Positions 8,023 to 17,014 of a stretch of 64,000 bases of DNA are shown one piece after another. This DNA comes from Thermoplasmatota archaeon (lineage in GTDB: Archaea > Thermoplasmatota > E2 > JACPAO01 > JAHFTW01), in contig JBFIHX010000012.1 of NCBI GenBank assembly GCA_041601615.1, positions 1 to 64,000 on the forward strand, read 5' to 3'. The first letter of the stretch is position 1. The number at the start of each line of letters is the position of its first letter. The notes under the pieces were generated by a model. That model was not told the origin of the DNA. It did no database searches and saw only the letters and a program-made list of their open reading frames with translations. The translations under genes were made by a program, and so were the position numbers.

Positions 8023-10554
8023 ATGTCGGGGCGCGGCTACGCCATGCGGCTCTTGTTGCTGGCGGTGGTCTACTGGCTGACGGCGAGGCTTGGCCTTGCG
8101 TTTGCGGTCGTCAATGCGAGTGCGAGCCCGGTTTGGGCGCCTGCGGGGATTGCGATTGGGGTGTTGGTGGTGGGGGGTATGCGGTATGGGCCGGGGGTGT
8201 TTGTGGGGGCGTTGGCGGCGAATGTGGCGGTGGCGGGGCATTGGCCTAGTTCTGTGTTGATTGCGGGCGGCAATACTTTGGAGGCGGTGTTTGGTTCGTG
8301 GGCGGTGCGGCGTTGGTGCGGGGGGCGCCAGGCGTTCGACAAGACGGCTACGACGGCGTTGTTTGTGTGGTGGGCGGCTCTGGTTGCGCCGTTGGTGAGC
8401 AGTTTGGTGGGTGTTGTGTCGTTGGCGTCGTTTGGGTTGGCGTCGTGGTCTGGTTTGGGGCCGGTTTGGGCGACGTGGTATCTTGGGGATGCGACGGGAA
8501 TTGTTGTTGTGGCTCCGGCGATTTTGCTTGCGACTCAGTGGCGAAATCTGCGTTGGGGGTCGCTTTGGGAGGCGGTTGCGTATCCGGTTGTGTTGGTGTT
8601 GGTGGGGTTGTTGGCGTTTGGGCCGCTGCGGCCGTCAGGGTTGGTGGATGTGCGGTTGGGGGCGTTGGCGTTGCCGGTGGTGGCGTGGGCGGCGATCCGG
8701 TTCGGGCCGCTTGTGGCGTCGTGGAGTACGTTGTTGTTGACGGGGATGGCGGTGGCAGGGAGTCTTGCGCAGACGGTGGGGCCCACGGCGGGGAATCCGA
8801 ACGTGGCGTTGTTGGAACTTCAGGGTTTGTTGGGGATTTTGACGTTGTTTGGTTTGTCCGTGGCGGCGGTGGTGCATGAGCGCCGGTTGGCGTTTGAGGC
8901 GTTGGCGGCGTCCAATATGGGTTTGGAGGCGTTGGTGGAGGAGCGGACGATGCGGTTGCGGTCAGCGATGCGGGATTTGCATGAGGCGCAGGAATTGGCA
9001 GGGCTTGGTAGTTGGACTTACAATGCTGGGTCGCACTTGTTTGGGGGTTCGCCATGGTTGCATCGGACGTTCGATGTGGCGACGGCGGCTCCCTTGGACG
9101 CATGGGTGCGCAACGTGGCGGCGGATGGTGATGTGTCGTTGCCGAAGGCGCTTCGTGGTGCGATGGCGCGTGGGGTGCCGTTTTCGTTCTCGATTCGTGT
9201 CCGGGTGGGGGATCGTGTTCGGCATTTGCAGTTCACGGGGACGCCGTTGCCGGGTCGCGGTTGGCATGGGACGTGTCAGGACATCACGGTGGCCAAGGAG
9301 GCGGAGGCTGCGGCGCGTCATTTGGCGGTGTTGGTGGAGGCCAATCCATTGGCGTTGGTTGCGGCCACGGCGGATGGCACGATTGAGACTTGGAATGGTG
9401 CGGCGCAGGACTTGTTTGGGTATTCAGCAAAGGAGGCGCTGGGCATGAAGTTGGATCGATTGGTTCCGGAGGCGGACCGTGGCGAAATTCAGGGGTTGCG
9501 GGATCGGATCATGGCGGGCGGGGGCGTGGTGGAGATGCGGTGCGAGCGGTTGCACAAGGATGGGCGGTTGATTCCGGTGCATCTGACGTTGGCGCCGTTT
9601 GAGGACCCGGAGGATGGCGCGTTGCGGTTGATGGCGATTTTGCGTGATCGGCGGCCGGAGTTGGAGGCGCAGCGGATGGTGGATGAGGCGCGGCGCATTG
9701 AGCATGAGTTGAAGGCGTTGGATCATGTGACGATGCTCAAGAGTGAGTTCATCAACATGGCAAGTCATGAGTTGCGCACGCCGTTGACGCCGATTCGGGT
9801 GCAGTTGCATTTGTTGAAGTCGGGGGTGTTGGATGAGGCGGGGGCGATGCGGTCGTTGGTGGTGATGGAGCGCAATATGGTGCGGTTGTCTGATCTTGTG
9901 GAGGATATTTTTGCGGCGGCGAGGCTTCAGTCGGGTGGGTTTGCGATCCACACGAGGGAGGTGGAGTTTGCGAGCTTGGTGCATGATGTGGTGCATACGT
10001 TTGAAGCCCAGGCGCATGAGCATCAAGTGGCGTTGGATGTGCGGGTGCGTGGGTTTACGTCGTTGCAGGCGGATCCGGATCGGTTGACGCAGGTGTTGTT
10101 CAATTTGCTGGGCAATGCTCTGAAGTATGCTCCGGAGGGGAGCACGGTGCACGTGGATTTGGTTGGGGGTTCGCAGCATGTGCGGTTGGCGGTGGAGGAT
10201 GAGGGTACGGGTGTGCCGGAGGCGTTGCTGGAGCGGTTGTTTGAGCCGTTTGGGCGGATGGAGTCGGATGGCAAGCCGGGCACGGGGTTGGGGTTGTACA
10301 TTTGTAAGGGGATTGCAGAGTTGCATGGTGGCCGCATTCGGTTGGCGGCGAGTCGGTATGGGGATGGGGCTCGGTTTGAGGTGGTGTTGCCGCGAGGGGT
10401 GCCGCGAAGTGTGGCGCGGGGCTCGGTGGGCCCGGCGAGTCCGGCGGGGCGGGGTGAAGGTGGTGTGGGTCGCAAGCGGCCGGGGCGGCCGGGGCGGGCT
10501 GCGGAAGGCGCGAGGACTGTGGGGGAGGGGCGTGTGGGGAAATCTGGTGTTTGA
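8023..10554 (+). CDS. MASE1-PAS sensor histidine kinase
   Basis: MASE1 (ASPVWAPAG, WYLGDATG); PAS; H-box ASHELRTPLT; N-box NLLGNALKY; G boxes DEGTG and GTGLGL; start 7999-8044 uncertain. Confidence 0.93.
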   Translation: MSGRGYAMRLLLLAVVYWLTARLGLAFAVVNASASPVWAPAGIAIGVLVVGGMRYGPGVFVGALAANVAVAGHWPSSVLIAGGNTLEAVFGSWAVRRWCGGRQAFDKTATTALFVWWAALVAPLVSSLVGVVSLASFGLASWSGLGPVWATWYLGDATGIVVVAPAILLATQWRNLRWGSLWEAVAYPVVLVLVGLLAFGPLRPSGLVDVRLGALALPVVAWAAIRFGPLVASWSTLLLTGMAVAGSLAQTVGPTAGNPNVALLELQGLLGILTLFGLSVAAVVHERRLAFEALAASNMGLEALVEERTMRLRSAMRDLHEAQELAGLGSWTYNAGSHLFGGSPWLHRTFDVATAAPLDAWVRNVAADGDVSLPKALRGAMARGVPFSFSIRVRVGDRVRHLQFTGTPLPGRGWHGTCQDITVAKEAEAAARHLAVLVEANPLALVAATADGTIETWNGAAQDLFGYSAKEALGMKLDRLVPEADRGEIQGLRDRIMAGGGVVEMRCERLHKDGRLIPVHLTLAPFEDPEDGALRLMAILRDRRPELEAQRMVDEARRIEHELKALDHVTMLKSEFINMASHELRTPLTPIRVQLHLLKSGVLDEAGAMRSLVVMERNMVRLSDLVEDIFAAARLQSGGFAIHTREVEFASLVHDVVHTFEAQAHEHQVALDVRVRGFTSLQADPDRLTQVLFNLLGNALKYAPEGSTVHVDLVGGSQHVRLAVEDEGTGVPEALLERLFEPFGRMESDGKPGTGLGLYICKGIAELHGGRIRLAASRYGDGARFEVVLPRGVPRSVARGSVGPASPAGRGEGGVGRKRPGRPGRAAEGARTVGEGRVGKSGV

Positions 10555-10657
10555 GGGGTGTCTTGGGGTTGGTTGCGCAACCACCTGGTTTGGTGGCGGG
10601 GTCTGAGGGCGTTGGTTGTGCCGCAATAGGTATAGTCCAGTACGTTGGGGCAGGGTC

Positions 10658-11116
10658 ATGCAGCAGGTGTCCGTTCGATCTGCCGGTGCCGGCGATAGCC
10701 CGGCGTGGTTGCGGATGCGCAAGGCGTTGTGGCCGCAGCTTGAGGCCCGGGATCATATTCAGGAGCTTACGGTGCTGTTGGATCAGGACGCTGATGAGGG
10801 GGCTGTGTTTTTGGCCAGCGACGGAGAGGCGATTGTGGGATTTTTGGAGGTGAGTCGGGCGCCGGATGCTCCTGGTTGTACGACGGAGCCGGTGGCGTTG
10901 CTGGAGGCGTGGTTTGTGGAGCCGCCGTGCCGGCGCGCGGGCATTGGCCGAGCGTTGGTGGAGGCTGCGGAGGCGTGGGCGCAGGCGTTGGGTCTGCGGG
11001 AGTTGGCGTCGGATGCGCATGCGGAGAATCGTGTCAGCCGTGTGGCGCATCGGGCGCTTGGGTTTGAGGAGACGGACGAGGACGTGCACTTTCGCAAGGA
11101 CGTTCCGATTTTTTAG
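10658..11116 (+). CDS. GNAT acetyltransferase, AAC(6')-I-like
   Basis: WLRMRKALWP, LEAWFVEP..RRAGIGRALV, ELASDA..EN..S...HRALGF. Confidence 0.8.
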   Translation: MQQVSVRSAGAGDSPAWLRMRKALWPQLEARDHIQELTVLLDQDADEGAVFLASDGEAIVGFLEVSRAPDAPGCTTEPVALLEAWFVEPPCRRAGIGRALVEAAEAWAQALGLRELASDAHAENRVSRVAHRALGFEETDEDVHFRKDVPIF

Positions 11117-11439
11117 CGCTGGAATTGGCGGCGCGTTTCTAGGATGTTTTCGAGGCGCATCCAGTCGGTGTGGAGGATGGCACCTGCAACACCGGCGGTT
11201 TTGGAGAGGTGGGTGAATTCCCAGCAGGCGGTGGCGTCTTGGCCAAGCAGTTCGATTTGGGCCAGGGGCATGCCGGCGTCGCGGGCGATGCTTTCCATGT
11301 CGGCGAGTGCTTTGTCGGGAATTTCTGGCGCGTAGTCTAGGTTGAGCAGGCGCGGGGGGGCCGTGGCGGGCTCGGGCGCGGTGAGCGCGGAGGAGAGGGT
11401 GGAGGCGGGGGTCGTGCGAAGGGCTGTGTCGAAGTCCAT
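11113..11439 (-). CDS. Hypothetical protein
   Basis: 108-aa ORF with ATG start and globular-like composition. Confidence 0.6.
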   Translation of the reverse strand: MDFDTALRTTPASTLSSALTAPEPATAPPRLLNLDYAPEIPDKALADMESIARDAGMPLAQIELLGQDATACWEFTHLSKTAGVAGAILHTDWMRLENILETRRQFQR

Positions 11440-11524
11440 GCCTGTGCCTTGGCGTTGGTTGGGCTAGGTCTTCGTCACGAATGCGTGGAATTGGGCCGGA
11501 GGCGGGCGCGGGGACGGGGGGTGT

Positions 11525-12109
11525 TCAGCGCAGGCTGTCGAGTTGCCATTGGTACTCGGCTTTGGTGATGGCGCCGATGGCGAGTTGTCGTTCAAGTCGG
11601 GCGCGGCGTTCGGCGGTGTTGTTGGGTAGGTAGCTGCTGCCGTCGAGTGTGCTTGGCGCGGAGGCGGGAGCGGGTCGAGCCGTGGCCGGAGGCGTGGGTG
11701 CGGAAGTGGGTGGGGGCGATTTTGCGGGTGCTGCGGTTTTGAATTCTACGGGGGCGGCTTTGGCGTGGACTCCGCCGGCGGGGCGCAGTGCTTCGGCGAT
11801 GGCTTGGGCGGCGCCTCGTTCGATCATCCAGAATTCTAGGCGGCGTCCGGTCTTGGTCTTCAATACGAGGGAGCCGTAGCGTTCGGTGCGTTGGGTGACG
11901 CGTTCGATTTCGTCGCGGTTGACTTCGCGCAGGAAGGTTCGAATCACGCGGCGGGAGACAAACAGGACACGGCGGTCGGTGACGGCGAGGAGGCCGACGC
12001 GGCCGTCGAGGTCGGCTTGTACGATGCGGACGGCTTTCTCGCCCTTGCGGTACTGCGCGCGCAGGGCGTCCCGGTCGCGGCGGGACAGAAATTCGGGGGT
12101 GCCTGTCAA
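11525..12109 (-). CDS. Bacterial-type PH domain protein with C-terminal SHOCT-like motif
   Basis: GLLAVTDRRVLF PH motif; Pro/Ala linker; LERQLAIGAITKAEY. Confidence 0.75.
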   Translation of the reverse strand: MTGTPEFLSRRDRDALRAQYRKGEKAVRIVQADLDGRVGLLAVTDRRVLFVSRRVIRTFLREVNRDEIERVTQRTERYGSLVLKTKTGRRLEFWMIERGAAQAIAEALRPAGGVHAKAAPVEFKTAAPAKSPPPTSAPTPPATARPAPASAPSTLDGSSYLPNNTAERRARLERQLAIGAITKAEYQWQLDSLR

Positions 12110-12111
12110 GT

Positions 12112-14769
12112 CTATGGCTCCTGGGTCGTGCTGGCCTTGGGGCGACGGACGGCTTTGACCTTCTTCGGGCCATCGTTTTGGACACTGGGGGGCAGGGGTG
12201 CGTCCATCGCGCTTGTTTTTTCGCCTTTGGCGAGGACCTTGTAGAACACAGGAATCACAAGCATGGTCGCTGCGAAGATGACGAAGATGGCGACGGTGGT
12301 TGCGATCATGGTGCGGCTGACGGCGACGTTGCGAATGAACGTGAAGATCGCAAATGCGCCGGCGGTGGTGATGGCCGAAAACAGGATGGCTTTACCTGTG
12401 GTTTCGAACACTTCGCGCGCGTTGCCGACTTTCTTGAGGTTCCAGATGATGTGCACGGCGTAATCGGTTCCTATGTTGAAGATGAACACCAGGGGCAGCA
12501 TCAGGGTGATTGCGAGGCCGATGTCCATGAAGGGCAGGATGCCGAGCCACCAGATGCTTGTGATGCCCGCGAGCGCTGTGGCGACGATGGTGGCTTTGAT
12601 GTCGCGGGTAAACAGGAGCACGAGTGCAAACAGGATGATTGTGGCGGCGACACTCATGTAGGTTAGCCAGGGCAGTTCTTCGGCTACGAACAGGTAGTTG
12701 GTTGCTGTGTTGCCGACGAATGCTACGTGGACGCCGTCGGGTGCGGAGCCGCCGAAGGTTTGGTTGGCGGCGGCGACGGCGGACCAGACTTGGTGCCAGA
12801 CTTCTTCGGCCTCGTCGTAGGTTGCAGCTTGGACACTGAAGGTCATGGCGCCCATGTTCATCGTGGGGTGGTTGAGGATGATGCTGGCCAGTTCGCGCAT
12901 GGGGCTTGCAAACATCGCGTTGGCTTCGGCACGGATTTCAGACTCGGTTGTGGGGAACGTGGTTTGGTCAGCGCAGGGTGCTCCGCCTTGGCCAAGGGGT
13001 CCGAGCAGAACATCCAGGGTGTCGGGGGCGCGCTCGGCGCCGAGGGCGGCTACGGCGCAGGGTCCGCCGCCTTTGACGGTGAGCCATGTTTCGAGGAAGA
13101 AGGGAATCGTGCGCAGGGTGTCGGAGATGACGCGGTCTTGGTGCTTGAGATTCTCTTCGATGGTGCGGTAGTATTGGATGGCGTCTGGAGAGAGGATGCC
13201 GGGTCCTTCGAACGTGAGGATGTTGGCCTTCACGTCGGGGTCTTCCATGTCGTAGAACCATCGCAGGCCTTGCTCGTGTTCGATGCGCACGGGGTCGTCT
13301 GCGGGGAAGTTTTTGCCGGGGTCGCCGAACGCTTCTTCTTCGAGGTTGAGGCTGCTTGCGTAGGCGCCGGCGCTAAGAAGGATGACGACGCCAAGAACGC
13401 CCCATCGGCCTCGGGTGACGCCGCGGGCGAGGCTGGGCATGAAGTTGCTTGGGGCAAAGCTTGCGCCCATCTTGTCCGTGCCGCCAAGCAGTGTGAGTGC
13501 AGCGGGGATGAAGGTGATGGTGAGGAGGAAGATCGCGGCGATGGCGATGGCGGAAAGGAAGCCCAGTTGCGCCATCAAGAGGCTTGGCGAGATCATCATG
13601 ACGACGAGGCCAAGCACGGTGGTCATGGTGGCGATGAACATGGCGAGGCCGGCGCGGCTTCCGGCTTCTTGGAACGCTTCGGCGTCGGTGTGGCCGTGCG
13701 CTTTGTGCTCCAAAAATTCGTTGATCATGTGGATGGCATAGTCGATGCCGACGCCCATGATGAGCGGCACGATGGTCATGTTGAGGGTGTTGAGCGCGAT
13801 GCCCATGTAGCCCATGGTGCCGTAGGTCCAGGTGACGCCCACGCCGAGGGCGGTAAATGAGATGATGATGGAGCGGATGTTTCGGAAGGCCAGAAACAGG
13901 AAGAAAATGATGAGCACACTGATGATGGGCATCAGTTTGACCATGTCTTCTTCGACGAGGTTGCTGCTGTGGCTGTTGGCCACGGGCAGGTCGACGGTCA
14001 AGAGGGGCGGATTTTGGGAGCCCCAGATGGTGAATTCGGTGTCGCCTGCGTCCACGGCGGCAACGTAGGCGTTGCGGGCGGCGATGATTTGGTCGCCGAG
14101 GGTGCGCATGTCGGTGGGGTTGTCTGCTGCGGGCATGAACAGCAGGACACCGTGGTCCCAGTCGGGCGCGGCGAGGGCGTCGACGGTGTCGAGGACGGCG
14201 GCTTGCACGACTTGTTCTACGGCGAGGTATTGGAGCGCTTCTTGTTGGCTGCCGTAGCCGGGGAGCTTGAAGTCGGATTCACTGGCGGTGCCTTGGCCGT
14301 TGTAGCCGTCGCCGCCCGCGATGGTCCAGTTGATGAGCGCGTAGATGTTGTTGATGCTGACTTGGCGCTCGAAGTCTGTGCGTTGTTCGATGAAGTCGGC
14401 CAGCTCTTGCATGGCTCGAATGTAGACTTCGTCTGTGATGTTGCCCACGTCTCGTTGCGTCACGCGATACTGGAGCTGTTCGTCGTCGGCTTCCCAGTAT
14501 TTGCCGTCCTCGTCCATGTGCAACTGGAACGTCACTTGTTGCGTGAATGTGGACTTGAATTGGGTGGTGAGGTTGTGTGCCGCTTCCGTATTCGGGTTGC
14601 CGCGTGGCAACACGTCCGCAACGTCCACGTTGGTGGTGATGAGCGTGATGCCGTAGCCAAGGATTCCCGTGAGCAGGAGCACTACGAGCACGACGGCTTT
14701 GGCGTTCTTGCTGCTCCACAGGCTCGTGGAGGCGATTGCATTGGAGACGACTTGTTCTGGCTTTGCCAC
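12112..14769 (-). CDS. RND superfamily (MMPL-like) transporter
   Basis: Two 1+5 TM repeats with large loops; GVGIDYAIH and NIGTDYAVH motifs. Confidence 0.92.
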   Translation of the reverse strand: MAKPEQVVSNAIASTSLWSSKNAKAVVLVVLLLTGILGYGITLITTNVDVADVLPRGNPNTEAAHNLTTQFKSTFTQQVTFQLHMDEDGKYWEADDEQLQYRVTQRDVGNITDEVYIRAMQELADFIEQRTDFERQVSINNIYALINWTIAGGDGYNGQGTASESDFKLPGYGSQQEALQYLAVEQVVQAAVLDTVDALAAPDWDHGVLLFMPAADNPTDMRTLGDQIIAARNAYVAAVDAGDTEFTIWGSQNPPLLTVDLPVANSHSSNLVEEDMVKLMPIISVLIIFFLFLAFRNIRSIIISFTALGVGVTWTYGTMGYMGIALNTLNMTIVPLIMGVGIDYAIHMINEFLEHKAHGHTDAEAFQEAGSRAGLAMFIATMTTVLGLVVMMISPSLLMAQLGFLSAIAIAAIFLLTITFIPAALTLLGGTDKMGASFAPSNFMPSLARGVTRGRWGVLGVVILLSAGAYASSLNLEEEAFGDPGKNFPADDPVRIEHEQGLRWFYDMEDPDVKANILTFEGPGILSPDAIQYYRTIEENLKHQDRVISDTLRTIPFFLETWLTVKGGGPCAVAALGAERAPDTLDVLLGPLGQGGAPCADQTTFPTTESEIRAEANAMFASPMRELASIILNHPTMNMGAMTFSVQAATYDEAEEVWHQVWSAVAAANQTFGGSAPDGVHVAFVGNTATNYLFVAEELPWLTYMSVAATIILFALVLLFTRDIKATIVATALAGITSIWWLGILPFMDIGLAITLMLPLVFIFNIGTDYAVHIIWNLKKVGNAREVFETTGKAILFSAITTAGAFAIFTFIRNVAVSRTMIATTVAIFVIFAATMLVIPVFYKVLAKGEKTSAMDAPLPPSVQNDGPKKVKAVRRPKASTTQEP

Positions 14770-14895
14770 GAGCGACCCAATCAGCGACCGGGGGGCTGGG
14801 TTTTAGGGCTTCTTGAAGGCGGTTGCCGCAGACAGGGACCAAGACCGCCGGTCCGGCAAACGGGTGAGCTAAGGCATTGCCTGTCGTTCGATTAG

Positions 14896-15648
14896 CTAAG
14901 TGATTAACCCAAGCAGTTCGTCAATGCGGGATGTGGCTTCGTCGCGAGAAAGCTGTCCACCACCATATCGTGCAAGCGCAGATTCGTCGCCGGGAATTGC
15001 AGTGAGTATCTCAACGAGGAAGGGCGCCTTGTCCATCTGTTCACCCAGAAATCCAACCTCCCAATCGGGTCCGGATATACCTGAATCGAGGATTGCCAAA
15101 ACATCACTTCTGTCCTTGACGAGCTTGTCTGCATCGTATATGGCGTCTAGGCTTGTCCCCGCTTCAAGGCGGCTGGTCCGATCATAACACGCTTTGATTT
15201 TGAACAGCAATAATAAGGAGCGCGTCGGAATCTTTACTCGACGTCCATTTACTTTGCCTTCGACGTGGTGGTTCTTGACCAATTCAAAATCCAGTCGTTC
15301 GTCGCGCCCCTCGAAATGATGCGATTCGCTATAGCCTGCCACATCGACGTAGATTCGGCGCGGCCTCGGGTCCTCGGGCGGCCCCTCAAAATCCCGCCAA
15401 GTGCCTTGCCAACCATCGCGTTGCTTATTGATTCTCTCGTAGCTGTGTTCGCTTGTCAACCAGGAGAGTAGGCGCCAACGGCGTTTGGCGTTCAGAACGA
15501 GATCGATGTCCGTGCTCTTCTCATACGGATTGTAGGCATACACAGCCCAACCCCCAACCAATACCGTGGGGTTGTCGCCATCCGTTTTTTCCCCGAGGTA
15601 ATCCAGGATTCGGTTGAGTTCGTCTTCGCTACGATCTTTGATGTTCAC
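14896..15648 (-). CDS. Nucleotidyltransferase, AbiEii-like (type IV toxin-like)
   Basis: VLVGGWAVYAY...STDIDLV, LLLFKIKA, KDRSDV; GTG at 15648 overlaps the upstream gene. Confidence 0.8.
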   Translation of the reverse strand: MNIKDRSEDELNRILDYLGEKTDGDNPTVLVGGWAVYAYNPYEKSTDIDLVLNAKRRWRLLSWLTSEHSYERINKQRDGWQGTWRDFEGPPEDPRPRRIYVDVAGYSESHHFEGRDERLDFELVKNHHVEGKVNGRRVKIPTRSLLLLFKIKACYDRTSRLEAGTSLDAIYDADKLVKDRSDVLAILDSGISGPDWEVGFLGEQMDKAPFLVEILTAIPGDESALARYGGGQLSRDEATSRIDELLGLIT

Positions 15649-16624
15649 TTTGTAACGCCTCCACCAATCGCAACGCGGTATCACGCGCAGAGTAGCCCAT
15701 GCCGGCCACGTCAAGCAAGGCTTGCCGTAGACTGACGCATTTCCTTGGGCCTTCTCCCTTCGCCCCCGGCGCCATCGGCCGATCGGGCATGTAGACTGTG
15801 AATCGGACGCCGCCATCATTGTGCAAGCCCTGCATGGCGGCTTCCAACGTGTCGGAATCGTTGGCGTATACCTGGATGGTGCTGTGGTGAAGTAGGACAT
15901 CATCGTATTCCATTGCGGCCGTACGGCCGCATAAATGGAAGCCGGGCGGGCTCAAGTTCTCTACAATATCCGGCCATTGGTGCTGAAGATGCCCTATAGC
16001 ATCCTCCCAATCATGGATTCCAGTTTCAACCGAACCAACGCGAAGTTTCTCGAACGGGCGTTCGCTAGCGACTTGGTCCAAGAGTCGCAAGAGTCCGTCC
16101 CGTGGCACATCCCCGTCTTCAGAGAGGATTCCTCGGGACTGCAACCCGCGAACCACGCCCGACGTCCATCCGAGGCTTGTATCGACTTCATCAGCGAGCC
16201 GCCGGACACCGGGGTTGTGCCCTTGCGCAACAACTTCCGCGACCACGTTCCAAGCTTTGGGCTTCGTGATTGGAAGCAAGTTGATTGCTCGCCCCCCCAG
16301 CAGGCGCATCGGGATTGAGACGGTTGTGATGTGCATTTTCGCGGCCAAAGCTTCGACGTTTCGTGAAAAAGACGGGGCGGCCAAGACTCCCCTTACCCGT
16401 CCGGTCGGCTCGTAGGGACCAAGCAGAGCAGGATTTTGCGTGTATAGGTGAACTTGTCCAAGCGCGTCCATGCCGGCAGTTTCGGCCTTCATCTCGACGA
16501 GATAAGTGTCCGCACCATCTTCAATGACGAAATCAATGTGACCTACTTCGGTTCGGACCTCCTCGTGGATGACGCGGCCTTCCAAGCGCAGCGTCTTCAG
16601 GAGGTACTCGTCCAATTGGCCCAT
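15629..16624 (-). CDS. NucS-like PD-(D/E)xK nuclease + wHTH + AbiEi-like antitoxin fusion
   Basis: N-term E..GHIDFVIED...LVEMK...ALGQVHLY; HTH GVRRLADEVDTSLGWTSGVV; C-term CGRTAA...QVYA...VSLRQALLDV. Confidence 0.75.
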   Translation of the reverse strand: MGQLDEYLLKTLRLEGRVIHEEVRTEVGHIDFVIEDGADTYLVEMKAETAGMDALGQVHLYTQNPALLGPYEPTGRVRGVLAAPSFSRNVEALAAKMHITTVSIPMRLLGGRAINLLPITKPKAWNVVAEVVAQGHNPGVRRLADEVDTSLGWTSGVVRGLQSRGILSEDGDVPRDGLLRLLDQVASERPFEKLRVGSVETGIHDWEDAIGHLQHQWPDIVENLSPPGFHLCGRTAAMEYDDVLLHHSTIQVYANDSDTLEAAMQGLHNDGGVRFTVYMPDRPMAPGAKGEGPRKCVSLRQALLDVAGMGYSARDTALRLVEALQSEHQRS

Positions 16625-16626
16625 AT

Positions 16627-16709
16627 GTTCAGTGAACGCCAGGGAGTACAAAAACTGTTCAGTGAACACCGTTCAGTGAAAACTGGCGAAAATCGATGGT
16701 TCAGTGAAC
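16627..16709. promoter_or_regulatory. Array of four GTTCAGTGAAC palindromes (putative autoregulatory operators)
   Basis: Copies at 16627-16637, 16657-16667, 16671-16681 (1 mismatch) and 16699-16709, directly upstream of ATG 16624. Confidence 0.75.
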
Positions 16710-16759
16710 GATGTGCACGCATGGGGGGCGCCCGCCGAACCGCAAGCGGCACCAGCGCC

Positions 16760-17014
16760 CTATCTTGGCGCGTACGCCCCGCGATAATACTGCACGAAGT
16801 GCCACGTCAGCGCCCCGAGTGCCACGAATACGAGCGGGTAGGTGCCCCAGTAGAGCAATCGCAGCAGCAAGGCGCTCTCGCGGGCTGTCAGGTCGCCGTG
16901 CCAGAGCCGCAGGCCCATGCTGACGAGGATGAACACCAGGCTTGACAGGAAGGAGAGGGCGAGGCTGACTCGGAACACGTCCCAGGCGCGCACGGGGCGC
17001 CTCGTTCCGCTCAA
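16760..17014 (-). CDS. Small 2-TM membrane protein
   Basis: TTG start overlaps the speA TGA; two hydrophobic segments. Confidence 0.65.
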   Translation of the reverse strand: MSGTRRPVRAWDVFRVSLALSFLSSLVFILVSMGLRLWHGDLTARESALLLRLLYWGTYPLVFVALGALTWHFVQYYRGAYAPR

